IMG/VR virus record: IMGVR_UViG_3300037148_000025
Location: 25,415 to 89,414 of that record
Strand: one strand, 5' to 3'
Length of the DNA: 64,000 nucleotides
Origin: a virus
Shown in pieces: positions 19,356 to 29,400 of this stretch (position 1 is the stretch's first letter; each line of letters starts with the position of its first letter). A program made the translations under genes and the position numbers. Below the pieces are notes generated by a model. That model saw only the letters and a list, made by a program, of their open reading frames with translations. It was not told the DNA's origin and did no database searches.

Positions 19356-19919
19356 ATGACAAAATGTAACGTGAACGGAATAAATGAAATCGATTTTACT
19401 TTCCCCGGAGCCAGTGCTGTAACAGTTAATGCCGGAGTTGCATCTCTTACAGTGTCTGAGCCTTCTGGTACTGCAAATGAAGTTATGGCTACACCGAATG
19501 GAAGTTCGGGTGTAGCCTCTTTACGCGCAATAGCTCCTACTGATTTACCAATTGCAACCACTTTAGCATTAGGCGTAGTTGAGCCGGACGGAACGACAAT
19601 TACTATCACAGGCGCAGGAGTTATTTCATCCGTTGGAGGGGGCGGAAGCAGTGTTTCTGTAGTTACCAAGACAGCTAATTATACGGCTGTGAACGGGAAT
19701 CTTGTACTTTGTAACACGACATCTGCAAGCTTCACTGTGACACTTCCTGCTCCTACACTGGATTCTACGGTATCAGTCAAGAAGATTTCAAGTGATGTAA
19801 ATACAGTGACTATAAGCCCGTCTTCTGGTTTGATTGAGGGTGTGGCTACGATGACGATCACAACTCTAGGTGATTGCATGGACCTTGCCGCAGATGGAAC
19901 AAATTTTTGGATTATCTAG
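19356..19919 (+). CDS. Tail fibre-associated protein
   Basis: Same shaft repeat, plus a KTANYT...TVTLP...DGTNFW domain. Confidence 0.65.
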   Translation: MTKCNVNGINEIDFTFPGASAVTVNAGVASLTVSEPSGTANEVMATPNGSSGVASLRAIAPTDLPIATTLALGVVEPDGTTITITGAGVISSVGGGGSSVSVVTKTANYTAVNGNLVLCNTTSASFTVTLPAPTLDSTVSVKKISSDVNTVTISPSSGLIEGVATMTITTLGDCMDLAADGTNFWII

Positions 19920-19933
19920 TCAGGAGCAATTGA

Positions 19934-22300
19934 ATGAGCAACTTTGGCGGAATAAAAATTGAAGATGGAGCAGGGAACCCGATAGTATCGACGAGTGGTG
20001 CGCTTAATGTGAATGTCACAAATTCTTCGACGATTGGTGTACTAACGGCGGAAGCGTCGGGGGGTGCTGCTCCGGGAGCGACTTTCAATGGTTCTACAAA
20101 TATAGCGATTGACTACCACACTGTAGGGGCTGATGTGGCGGGTGCGGCGGCGGCAGTGACGCTGAGCGGTTTAGGGGGAGTTCCAACTAGTACTACGGTC
20201 AATGGTCATGCACTTAGCAGCAATGTCACAGTTTCAGCATCAGATATTACAACGGGTACTTTACCTCATGCACAGTTACCAACACTTTTGTCTGGAGATA
20301 TTCCTGCTAATGCGGCAAACACTTCGGGCACAGCATCCAATCTTAGTGGAACGCCAACTTTACCCTCTGGTACGAAGGCAGCTACACAGACTACAGGTGA
20401 TAATACAGCAGACCTTGCAACCGATGCTTTTGTAAATGCATCCATAACTGCATTGTCTCTTGGAACTGCTTCTACAAAGGCAACATCCTATTTCCAGACA
20501 GCACTTACTAACCCAGTTACAGGACCGGGCAGCGGTGCAACCGTTGGTCATCTAGCAGTTATGGGAAACACTTCAGGGACAAGTATCACCGACGGAGGGG
20601 CAGTTCCTGTAGGAACAGTTACTCTTAGCGGTTCTCCAGTTAGTCCTAATATTGCAGCATTCTCCTCATCTAGTGCAATAACGGCAGCTACTTCAGCCAA
20701 CATCCAGACAGCCATTGGTGCGAGTGTATATGATACCAGTGGAGCAGCAGCTACAGCACAAAGTAATGCAGAAACTTTCGCAGCTAACGCCAGCAATATA
20801 TCGTCTGGCACAGTTGGTATAGCATACCTGCCTACCGGAACTAGTTCAAGCACTGTAGTAAAAGGCGGAACAATTACAGCGGCTGGACCCATTGGAAGCA
20901 CAACAGCAATTCCCATATTAACATATAATGCAGCCGGACAGTTGACGGCGGTAACCACCGCTACCCCCGCCGTGAGTGCAGTTGCTGGTAAATCATTAAC
21001 AGGAAGTGGTGCGTCTATTCCTACGGGTCCAACATCTTCCACAAATGGAGATTTAGTTAGCTTTACTGGTGCAGCGGGTCAGATTGCCGATAGCGGTATT
21101 GTAGCCAGCAATGTTCCCTTGCTTAATGCAGCGAATTCGTTTACCAACGCCGGTACTACTACATTTCAGCAGGGTTCGTCTGGTATCGCCCTTGATGCCA
21201 CGACCCAGACCGTCGGCACGACGTATGGGACTGGGGGGTATTTAATCATCAACGCAGAAGGTCCGACATCGACAACTGGCGCATCAATATTTTTGGGTGG
21301 AAGCGCTCGTAGTGACGCAAATAAAAACGCGATCACGTTCAACGAAAACAACACAGAGTACGCACGGATTGATGGGAATTATACTGGGCATACGGCGGGC
21401 AACGTCGGCATCGGGACGACGGCACCAGGTCAAAAGCTGGATGTTTCAGGCAACATCAATGTAAACACCAACGGCACTCCTGCTCTCATTTCTACTTTCA
21501 AACCAACTTCTACTTCAGGAAACAACATCTTCATCGGTGGAGGTGGACAGAGTTCAGTGTATGACGGCACAAATGTATATACGGGTTCATATAATACGGC
21601 GGTAGGTATGAATGCTCTCCAGTCCAACACGACAGGCTACTACAACTCTGCGCAGGGGGTCGGAGCCCTTTACTCCAACACGACAGGCTACTACAACTCT
21701 GCGCAGGGGGTCAGTGCCCTTTACTCCAACACGACAGGCTACTACAACTCTGCGCAGGGGGCCATCGCCCTTCAATCCAACACGACAGGCTACTACAACT
21801 CTGCGCAGGGGGCCATCGCCCTTCAATTCAACACGACAGGCAGCAGCAACTCCGCGCAGGGGGCCGGAGCCCTTTACTCCAACACGACAGGCAGCAGCAA
21901 CTCCGCGCAGGGGGTCAGTGCCCTTTACTCCAACACGACAGGCAGCAGAAACTCCGCGCAGGGGTACCAGGCTGGCTACAATTCTGATGTCGCACTACAA
22001 ACAATGACCAACAGCACCTTCCTTGGTTATGGTGCTAACTCATCGGTAGACGGAATAACCAACTCAATGGCTCTTGGTAACGGTGCTCAGGTAACGGCAA
22101 GCAATCAGGTAGTTTTGGGAAATAGTGCGGTAACGAAGACGTTATTAAACGGCAACGTCGGCATCGGGACAACAACGCCGAACAGTCCTTTAGCTGTAGT
22201 TGGTCTTCCGTTATATTCAACTAATGCTCTTGCCATAGCAGGTGGACTTGCAGTAGGAGATTTTTACAGAGTCGCTGGTGTAGTATCAGTGGTCTATTAA
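19934..22300 (+). CDS. Tail fibre with trimeric-adhesin-like repeats
   Basis: VNGHALSSNV, two GNVGIGTT motifs and 17-aa ALxSNTTG..NSAQG repeats. Confidence 0.8.
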   Translation: MSNFGGIKIEDGAGNPIVSTSGALNVNVTNSSTIGVLTAEASGGAAPGATFNGSTNIAIDYHTVGADVAGAAAAVTLSGLGGVPTSTTVNGHALSSNVTVSASDITTGTLPHAQLPTLLSGDIPANAANTSGTASNLSGTPTLPSGTKAATQTTGDNTADLATDAFVNASITALSLGTASTKATSYFQTALTNPVTGPGSGATVGHLAVMGNTSGTSITDGGAVPVGTVTLSGSPVSPNIAAFSSSSAITAATSANIQTAIGASVYDTSGAAATAQSNAETFAANASNISSGTVGIAYLPTGTSSSTVVKGGTITAAGPIGSTTAIPILTYNAAGQLTAVTTATPAVSAVAGKSLTGSGASIPTGPTSSTNGDLVSFTGAAGQIADSGIVASNVPLLNAANSFTNAGTTTFQQGSSGIALDATTQTVGTTYGTGGYLIINAEGPTSTTGASIFLGGSARSDANKNAITFNENNTEYARIDGNYTGHTAGNVGIGTTAPGQKLDVSGNINVNTNGTPALISTFKPTSTSGNNIFIGGGGQSSVYDGTNVYTGSYNTAVGMNALQSNTTGYYNSAQGVGALYSNTTGYYNSAQGVSALYSNTTGYYNSAQGAIALQSNTTGYYNSAQGAIALQFNTTGSSNSAQGAGALYSNTTGSSNSAQGVSALYSNTTGSRNSAQGYQAGYNSDVALQTMTNSTFLGYGANSSVDGITNSMALGNGAQVTASNQVVLGNSAVTKTLLNGNVGIGTTTPNSPLAVVGLPLYSTNALAIAGGLAVGDFYRVAGVVSVVY
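21613..21970 (+). repeat. About seven 51-bp coding tandem repeats
   Basis: Recurring CAACACGACAGGC...AACTC(T/C)GCGCAGGGG. Confidence 0.9.
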
Positions 22301-22325
22301 GTTTTTTCAAGAAGTTAAGGAATTT

Positions 22326-22790
22326 ATGATTACGAGTCGGTTTATTAATCCTGATGATTATCCTCTTTTGAAAGAAAGCTTGGCGGCAGACGAATATCAT
22401 AGGAATACTCCGTTGGATTTTTTTATTGAAGCCAACACAGTGTGTTCTGTATTCTCAGATGAAGCTGGTCCTGTTCTATTTGTGAGGGGCCATCCATTGT
22501 TTAACACTGAAGACACTAGTTGGTACATGGTGCGCCTTGACATCCAGTTCTTGAATAACCGAGATGCTAAACGAAACATGAGGGTAATGCTTGAAGGGTT
22601 TCCTATTCTAGAGGCACGAGCTAAAGAGAACGGCTTCAGGGGTTTTCTTTTTGAGAGCATAGTCCCACTTCTCAGAAAATTCTGTATTAAGCGGCTCGGC
22701 TTCGAAGTTTTTGATGAGCAGTTCTTGGTAAAGTATTTACAGGAAGATGCAGTTCGAGAAGTTGACAAAGTGTCAGAGGGTGTGCTATAA
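22326..22790 (+). CDS. GNAT-fold-like protein preceding ejection genes
   Basis: C-terminal AKENGF....ES...L.KFC.KRLGF pattern. Position matches T7 gp13-like acetyltransferases. Confidence 0.45.
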   Translation: MITSRFINPDDYPLLKESLAADEYHRNTPLDFFIEANTVCSVFSDEAGPVLFVRGHPLFNTEDTSWYMVRLDIQFLNNRDAKRNMRVMLEGFPILEARAKENGFRGFLFESIVPLLRKFCIKRLGFEVFDEQFLVKYLQEDAVREVDKVSEGVL

Positions 22791-23488
22791 TGAAAATATA
22801 CAGAAAGTTGGAATACTCGCTAGTCGGTACAGAATACGTTCTTATGAATAGCGAGTGGTTTGATTATTTTGGTCCGGTAGAGAAGATGTGTGGGGCGACG
22901 GCAGCACAGACTGGCATACAAAATTCACAGATTGGTTTTATGAGCCAGTTGCAGTCGCAGGCAAGCACCGTGTTTGGTAATTCTTCTACTGTTTTTAGTA
23001 GTCTAATGAAGACATTTGCCCCAATTGTTCAAGCTGGTCCAGATCAGCAAGGATTTTCTCCGACCTTGAATGCCAATTTGAATTCTCAGGCTATCACACA
23101 AACGGCGCAGGGCTATAAAAATGCTAAAGCAGCTGTAGGCAATGAGGAAGCAGCTATTGGGGGAGGAAACACATCGTTGCCAAATGGGGCGACTATTGGA
23201 GCCGATGTTAACCTTGCATCTAGTGCAGCTAACCAGACATCCTCGGAACTAAGTCAGATCACCCAAGCGAACTATGCACAAGGTAATAAGAACTATACGT
23301 CAGCTGTTGGTGGGGAAGAGGCACTTCCGGGAGTATTTACACCGGCGAGTGGGGCGGCAGGAGAAGCAACCGGGGCGGGTGAAGCGGCAGGTAGCATGGC
23401 TAATCAAATTTCTTCGGAGAATAGCAGTTGGGTAGGAGCAGTAACAGGTGCTCTCGGTTCAGCAGCCGGTGCAGCCGCAAAGATGTAA
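22790..23488 (+). CDS. Ejection (DNA transfer) protein 1
   Basis: N-terminal Y.GPV..C leader, then A/Q/S/G-rich helical sequence with a Gly/Ala hydrophobic end. Confidence 0.6.
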   Translation: MKIYRKLEYSLVGTEYVLMNSEWFDYFGPVEKMCGATAAQTGIQNSQIGFMSQLQSQASTVFGNSSTVFSSLMKTFAPIVQAGPDQQGFSPTLNANLNSQAITQTAQGYKNAKAAVGNEEAAIGGGNTSLPNGATIGADVNLASSAANQTSSELSQITQANYAQGNKNYTSAVGGEEALPGVFTPASGAAGEATGAGEAAGSMANQISSENSSWVGAVTGALGSAAGAAAKM

Positions 23489-23537
23489 AAAGATGTAAGT
23501 TGTTAGTAATATATTAGGGACATTAAGGAAAATAAAT

Positions 23538-26393
23538 ATGCCAACTCCAAGTTCAGCAGTAGTAGATACTCAAGATTCAGCGTCTAGCCCATATCAGGGA
23601 GTGTCAACTCCTCCTCCCGATGGCACGGCGGGAGATGTTGGTAACACATCTGTAGCAACTGCTCCAGCGCAACCGGTGCAAGCTGCACAGCCAACTCAAG
23701 CAGCGCAAGCGACACAGCCAGCGCAGCCAACGCAGGCGACGCAGCCGGGGCAACAGGCACAGCCAGCACAAGACGGCAAACCCTCTCCTGCGTCTAAAAA
23801 CGCTACATCTGTGACTCCTAATGCTCCGGTAAATCCCGCTACTCCTGATCCTTCTCTAGAAGCGTCCAAAAAGACGGCGTCAAGGGTTACAAAAATAGCA
23901 CAAATTTTTACTGGTGGTCCCCGCTATTCCTATACGGTTGATGACTCTGGAAAGACGATAAAAACTGAGGTTCCCGTTAGTGGGAAGCATTTAGGTCTTG
24001 CTATTGCTATGGAAATGTTATCAGGAGCATTTGCAGGATTGGGAGCAAAGCCGGGTCCGAATTTCTTAGGTAACGCTGGAGCAGCCGGTCTTCAAAAAGG
24101 TGAGGAAATTGCAGGTCAGAGACAGCAACAGGATCAAGCAGCACAAAAACAGGCACAGGAAGATTTTGCAAATAAAGCACAAGTGACTGAGACAAACCTT
24201 AGAATGTACTCTATGGCTCGTACTGTGGGGAATATGGAGGAAGAATCAACCGATAAGTATATTGGTCAGTATACTCCAACCTTGAACTTGCTTAAAGAGA
24301 AGGCTCCTAACTTCATCGAAGGTCCGGTTAAGTATAGTGATTTTGCAAAGTACAATGTAACGGCGGATAATGCAATTCCATTTATGCGTGTTGCACGTTT
24401 GGGGTCAGACGGTAAACAGGTGAAGAATGCCCAAGGTGTACCACAATGGGATGTTGATTACTACATTGTGAAACCCGGACTAAAACTTACTAATTTGTTC
24501 ACAAAAGACGACATGGCTACAGCAAAAGAAATGGGATTGTCATGGGCAGGAAACGACTCAGTGATGACATCTCCAATCGAGTTAGCTAATTTCTTAAATA
24601 TTAAGTCAAAGCTTGCTAGCTGGAATGTTGGTAATGCTAAAGTTGCTAGTATGTTTAAAGAGGGAGATGCAGCGGGACAGAATCCTCAAGGAAGTTCGGT
24701 AACTCCTACGAAGTCTCCTGAAATTAAAGACCCAAAAATTTCCTCATTAGCTGAAACAGCGGCTACGACTAATGGAGTTCGTCCCGAATATGTAAAGGCT
24801 TTGATTACACAAGAGAGCCACGGTAATCCGAATGCTGTAAGTCCTACAGGAGCCAAAGGTCTGATGCAGCTTACCCCATCTATGGGAAACTTGTATCCTA
24901 AAAATCCATTTGATCCAGAGCAGAATGTGAATGCTGGTACGGCATACCTTTCTCAATTATTGAAGACCTATAAGGATGATCCTAAAAAAGCTTTTGCAGC
25001 TTATTATAGTGGTCCTTCTGCGATTGGCCCCAATGGAGAAATACAAGATACCGCCCAACACTCTGCGGAAAATACACAGAATTATGTTAATAGTGTGTCG
25101 AGTATGGTTGGTTTGGGAGAGAAACCATCACCTAACCCAAATGCTGTTCCTAATGCGGCCCCGGCTAATAGATTGTCGTTAGAACAATGGAATGCCAAGA
25201 ACCCTACTACAGGTTCAGATATGGAAGCTTTTATGGGAGCTATGAACGGGCTTACATCCGACAAAGCTGATATGATTGGTGACGCACTTGCTCATCTTCA
25301 TTCTACAGGAAATGACTCAGCGGCTAATAATATTGCCGCATTTATGAATCAAGGAAATCCTGATTTTATTCGTGATCACGACGATGCGCTTACTGCGCAG
25401 CGTTTGCAGGAAAAATCTGATGTAGGAGTGAAAGCAGCAGAAGAGAAAGCTAACTTTAAAGCAGCGAGTGATGCAAAAATATCATCTGCTCAGCAGGCAT
25501 TTTTAGTTCCTCCTGATAATTTCAAATTTGATCCTAAAGTTTTTGATATGAATTCCGTTGATGCCAAAGCTGCACTGATTAAGCAGGGAGTCAAGATTCC
25601 GTTTAACTTTGATGCCCTGTGGTTAGTAGGACACCTTAAAGCACCAATAAGCACCATTCTTCCAGTGAGAACAGCGCAGAAATTTTCTCCCAATGAAATG
25701 GATGCTCAAACGGGTGCGTCATACATCAATGAGTTTATTAATCCTGGATATGACCAAAAGAATTATATACCGGCTCAGAAAGTACTTGCTGAGAATGCAT
25801 CTGGAAACTCTAAGAATGGCATGGCTATTCAGAATGCTGGAGTGGCTGCGCAGCATTTAACTAATTTAGAGCAGGCAGCTAGAGCAATGAATGGCGATTT
25901 AACTACAATGCCCTATCTAAACTCCCTAATAAATACTTATCATTTCCAGACCGGCGCATCTCCGGTTGTAATTTATAATGCAATTCTTCCAATTGCAATT
26001 CAAGAGGCCAGCAAGGTAAGTGCAGGCGGGGCGGTTCCATATGAAGATCAGGTAAAGAAGAATGAAGATAACTTTAAGGGTGCTCTTACTTTAGCACAGA
26101 AAGAAGGGGCTATCGAGGCTGTAACTAAACTGATGTATGGAAGAATTAGCGCAATTGATGAAAATACTTATGATATTACTCAGACGCATTTAATCAATGT
26201 TCCCAGTGGAGCAACTAAAATTTTTAAAAACTATGGGTTAGACACGCCGTGGGAGAAAAGCGGGGCCGGGCAACAACAACAATTTAAACCCAATGATACT
26301 TCTCAATATGCACAGATAAGCAAGTCCGGTAAAATTGGCATGGATGGTTCGGGTCATAAGTATATTATCGCAACGGGTCAACCGACGCAGTAA
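23538..26393 (+). CDS. Ejection protein with soluble lytic transglycosylase (SLT) domain
   Basis: QESHGNPNAVSPTGAKGLMQL...FDPEQNVNAGTAYL...AAYYSG at about 24750-25110, and AQP repeats at the N-terminus. Confidence 0.85.
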   Translation: MPTPSSAVVDTQDSASSPYQGVSTPPPDGTAGDVGNTSVATAPAQPVQAAQPTQAAQATQPAQPTQATQPGQQAQPAQDGKPSPASKNATSVTPNAPVNPATPDPSLEASKKTASRVTKIAQIFTGGPRYSYTVDDSGKTIKTEVPVSGKHLGLAIAMEMLSGAFAGLGAKPGPNFLGNAGAAGLQKGEEIAGQRQQQDQAAQKQAQEDFANKAQVTETNLRMYSMARTVGNMEEESTDKYIGQYTPTLNLLKEKAPNFIEGPVKYSDFAKYNVTADNAIPFMRVARLGSDGKQVKNAQGVPQWDVDYYIVKPGLKLTNLFTKDDMATAKEMGLSWAGNDSVMTSPIELANFLNIKSKLASWNVGNAKVASMFKEGDAAGQNPQGSSVTPTKSPEIKDPKISSLAETAATTNGVRPEYVKALITQESHGNPNAVSPTGAKGLMQLTPSMGNLYPKNPFDPEQNVNAGTAYLSQLLKTYKDDPKKAFAAYYSGPSAIGPNGEIQDTAQHSAENTQNYVNSVSSMVGLGEKPSPNPNAVPNAAPANRLSLEQWNAKNPTTGSDMEAFMGAMNGLTSDKADMIGDALAHLHSTGNDSAANNIAAFMNQGNPDFIRDHDDALTAQRLQEKSDVGVKAAEEKANFKAASDAKISSAQQAFLVPPDNFKFDPKVFDMNSVDAKAALIKQGVKIPFNFDALWLVGHLKAPISTILPVRTAQKFSPNEMDAQTGASYINEFINPGYDQKNYIPAQKVLAENASGNSKNGMAIQNAGVAAQHLTNLEQAARAMNGDLTTMPYLNSLINTYHFQTGASPVVIYNAILPIAIQEASKVSAGGAVPYEDQVKKNEDNFKGALTLAQKEGAIEAVTKLMYGRISAIDENTYDITQTHLINVPSGATKIFKNYGLDTPWEKSGAGQQQQFKPNDTSQYAQISKSGKIGMDGSGHKYIIATGQPTQ

Positions 26394-26402
26394 GGAGATT
26401 AA

Positions 26403-29400
26403 ATGGCTGGTCAACAAGTGGTCGAAAAAGGTCCGGGATATACCGTAACAGGAAATCCCGGTGGAATAGATACGGTACATACTGGTTCTGTTATGCCGGG
26501 GGGAGAAGCACAAACTCCCTCCTCTTCTTTGGAAGGTGTTTCTAACCCTCCAAATGAAGGCAATGTATCTGATGTGACTACCCCTGCCAATGAGATGCAG
26601 ACTGGTCCCTCGGTAGATGACAATACATTTGCAGCTAATCCTAGCTATAAACCAAATCCAGAGGACAGTGAGTTTGTATCTAATCCAGCTTACAAACAGG
26701 CAGAGAAACCCAAACCAGCCAGTGAACTTTCCCAAGAGCGCAACGCTGCTTTTGCCAAAGGTGGTGTGTCTGGGAATGCCGAGGGAATTGGGCTAGGTGC
26801 TGCTGAGACTGTTTCAGGAATGGGTGAGACTCCTTTAAAATCAATTGCCACGCTTGATGATATATCATACAACTTGGGTGAGAAGGCCGCTGATACTTTA
26901 GGTATTAAAGACCCTGTGAAACGTGCGGAGTTACACGCAGCATTGCAACCTGTTCTCCCAACATTGCCTGATTTTGCACGTGCATGGTTGCATGAGGTTG
27001 CTGGAGATAATGAACAAGCATCTGGTCCAGAATTGTTAGGTCAAGGTATTTCCAATATCGGTGAGTTCATTCTTGGTGATGAAGCTCTTCAAGCTTTGCC
27101 TTATGCGGTACGTCTTGAGCGTGCTGCAAAAGCCATGAAGACTATTCAAGGCTCTCCACGTCTTGCAAACGCACTGCGAGTTGGTGCGAGGATTACCAGT
27201 CTTGCCGCACTGCATGGAACTGAAGCAGGAGCAGTGCAGGGTGTACAATCTGAATTGCACAACCCCGGAGATCAAGCGGCTGCTTGGAGTTCTGCAAAGA
27301 ACATGGCAATAACGGGTGGATTGCTCGATGCTCCGATGTCAGCTATTAGTTCTGTTATTGGAAAAGGTGGACAGGCAGCTAATACTATAGATGATTTGTT
27401 ATCCAAGGTCGGTGAAGGGACTGGAGCGGGAGAGGCAGGAACTGATATGCGTCCAGTTGAACACTGGAGCTATAAGAAGGGTATGAAGGTTACTGATCCT
27501 AACGCTACGCAAATTGGTAATGGCGCAGAAACAAAACGTCCTGTAGTTCCGGGAACACAGTTCTATGAACCCGGAGTAAAGGAACCTCAGATACAAGCAA
27601 GACCATATAAGTATTCCGGCCAGATCGACTACAATAAGATGTATGATCGAGATGCCGATCCTCTCAACATTCAAACACAGGCGCAGGAACTTACTCAGAA
27701 AAACGGAAAGCCTTTTGGACAAAATGTTGAAGAGTTGATTAAACAAAATGGTTTTGACGGCTATCGTAGTCAAGGGGTTGTAAAGTCTTTTGCCCCTGTT
27801 AATGTCAGTCCTGCGTATAGGGACGAGAAAACGGCATACTCTTTTGTCAGCCCAAATGTTTACGAAAATTTAGGAGGAATAGGAGACGCTCAAAAACAGC
27901 TTTCTTCCAAAGAGCAAGGTCTTACAAAAAACTTGTCTCAACGCTTGTCTGGGATGTTGGGGTTGGATGCTGAAACGAAAGACTCTCTGGGAAATTGGAA
28001 AGATGGAGCGGAAAATTCTACGACAAGTAGGTTTGATCCGAGTACTGACCCCGATGCAGTAGATTATCATACCGCTTTGATGGGGAGAGTAACTAGACAG
28101 AAAGCTGTTATGTCCTTCCATCCCGGAGAAGGAGACGATTCTCTGTTTAGATTTCATGTTCCTTCTTCCGAAGCTGGACCTGCCTCTATTGCCGAAGTGT
28201 TGGACAAGAACGGGATTGAAAATAGAACCTTAATTCCTACTCCGAGCGGATATGATGTTGTAGTATCTAGTACTGGGGGGCAACTTCGTGACGCAGTGAA
28301 ACAGGCTGCTGAGGAAACCGGTGCAGGAAAAGTTTTAGAGCAAACCGGAACCGAGAAAATGTATGGTAGCTGGAATGACCGGGCTGCTGGTCAGGAAAAC
28401 ATTTCGGCAAGAATTGCTGAATTAGAAGCCAAACACCCGGAGTGGGTGAAAATTCGTCACGCCTTTGAAACAGACCCCGACAGTCTTGAATTAACTAAGA
28501 ATCTCCAATTCGCAGAGGGAAAGACCTCTCCCCCTAGAAGTAAGTCTCCTGTTGTTCCTACTCGTGCTAACGTTAACTCTGAATTAGCCTCTAAGGTAAA
28601 TGACGCGTTTGCCCCTCAACGAGAGGCAGCGCAAGAGGCGTTAAATCAGGGAAACGATACTATTTCACAAGCAGGAGAGATTGGGAATGACCTTGCACGA
28701 AATGCACCGACCGCATCCGAGATAACTCAATCAGCGCAGAAGTATGCTAAAGATGCACATGATGCTTTAGGGACAAATTATCAAGCACAGGCCGGTGCTA
28801 TTAAAAAGGCAGCAAGCGGGACTACTGTTGATTTTGCAGGAAGCCCTTTGCAGAAAGCGGCTCAGACGATTGCGCAAGGTGGTCAAGATTCCGCTGCTCC
28901 TCTGGATCAGGCTTTTTCAGTTACTCGTCCCGGCTCAGCAAAGGCCAATGCGTTAGTCGATGCACTTTCAGATACCGAAGGAACACTGGGTATAAATGAT
29001 AAGGGAGAACCGACACAGCTAACTGCCGATCATCTTCTTTTTTATGAGAAAAAAATAAATAAGTTGATTCGTAATACCGGGTGGATGACAGATGAGCAAA
29101 ACGCAGATCGTGACATCTATTTCGAATTGAAGGATGGTATACATGACACTCTTCAACAATTAGCTGAGAAATCTGGTAAACCAGACTTGGTTAATCAAGT
29201 CACCAAGATGAATACGGATTACAGAAACGGTATTCAACCTTATCAGAACGCAGATGTTAAGGCTGCTTTACAAGGTAATAGCAATAATATTGCCAAGCGT
29301 TTTATGGGCGGGGAAACAAGCATCAAGGACATCCAGGCATTTAGAAAAGCAATTGGCGAAGAATCTTTTGGAAAATTTTCTGATGATTCATTACAGAGAA

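Noticed and set aside
21587-22007. Alternative-frame repeat ORFs in the tail fibre (also those over the LRR arrays)
   Set aside because: By-products of stop-free tandem repeats, with no RBS.
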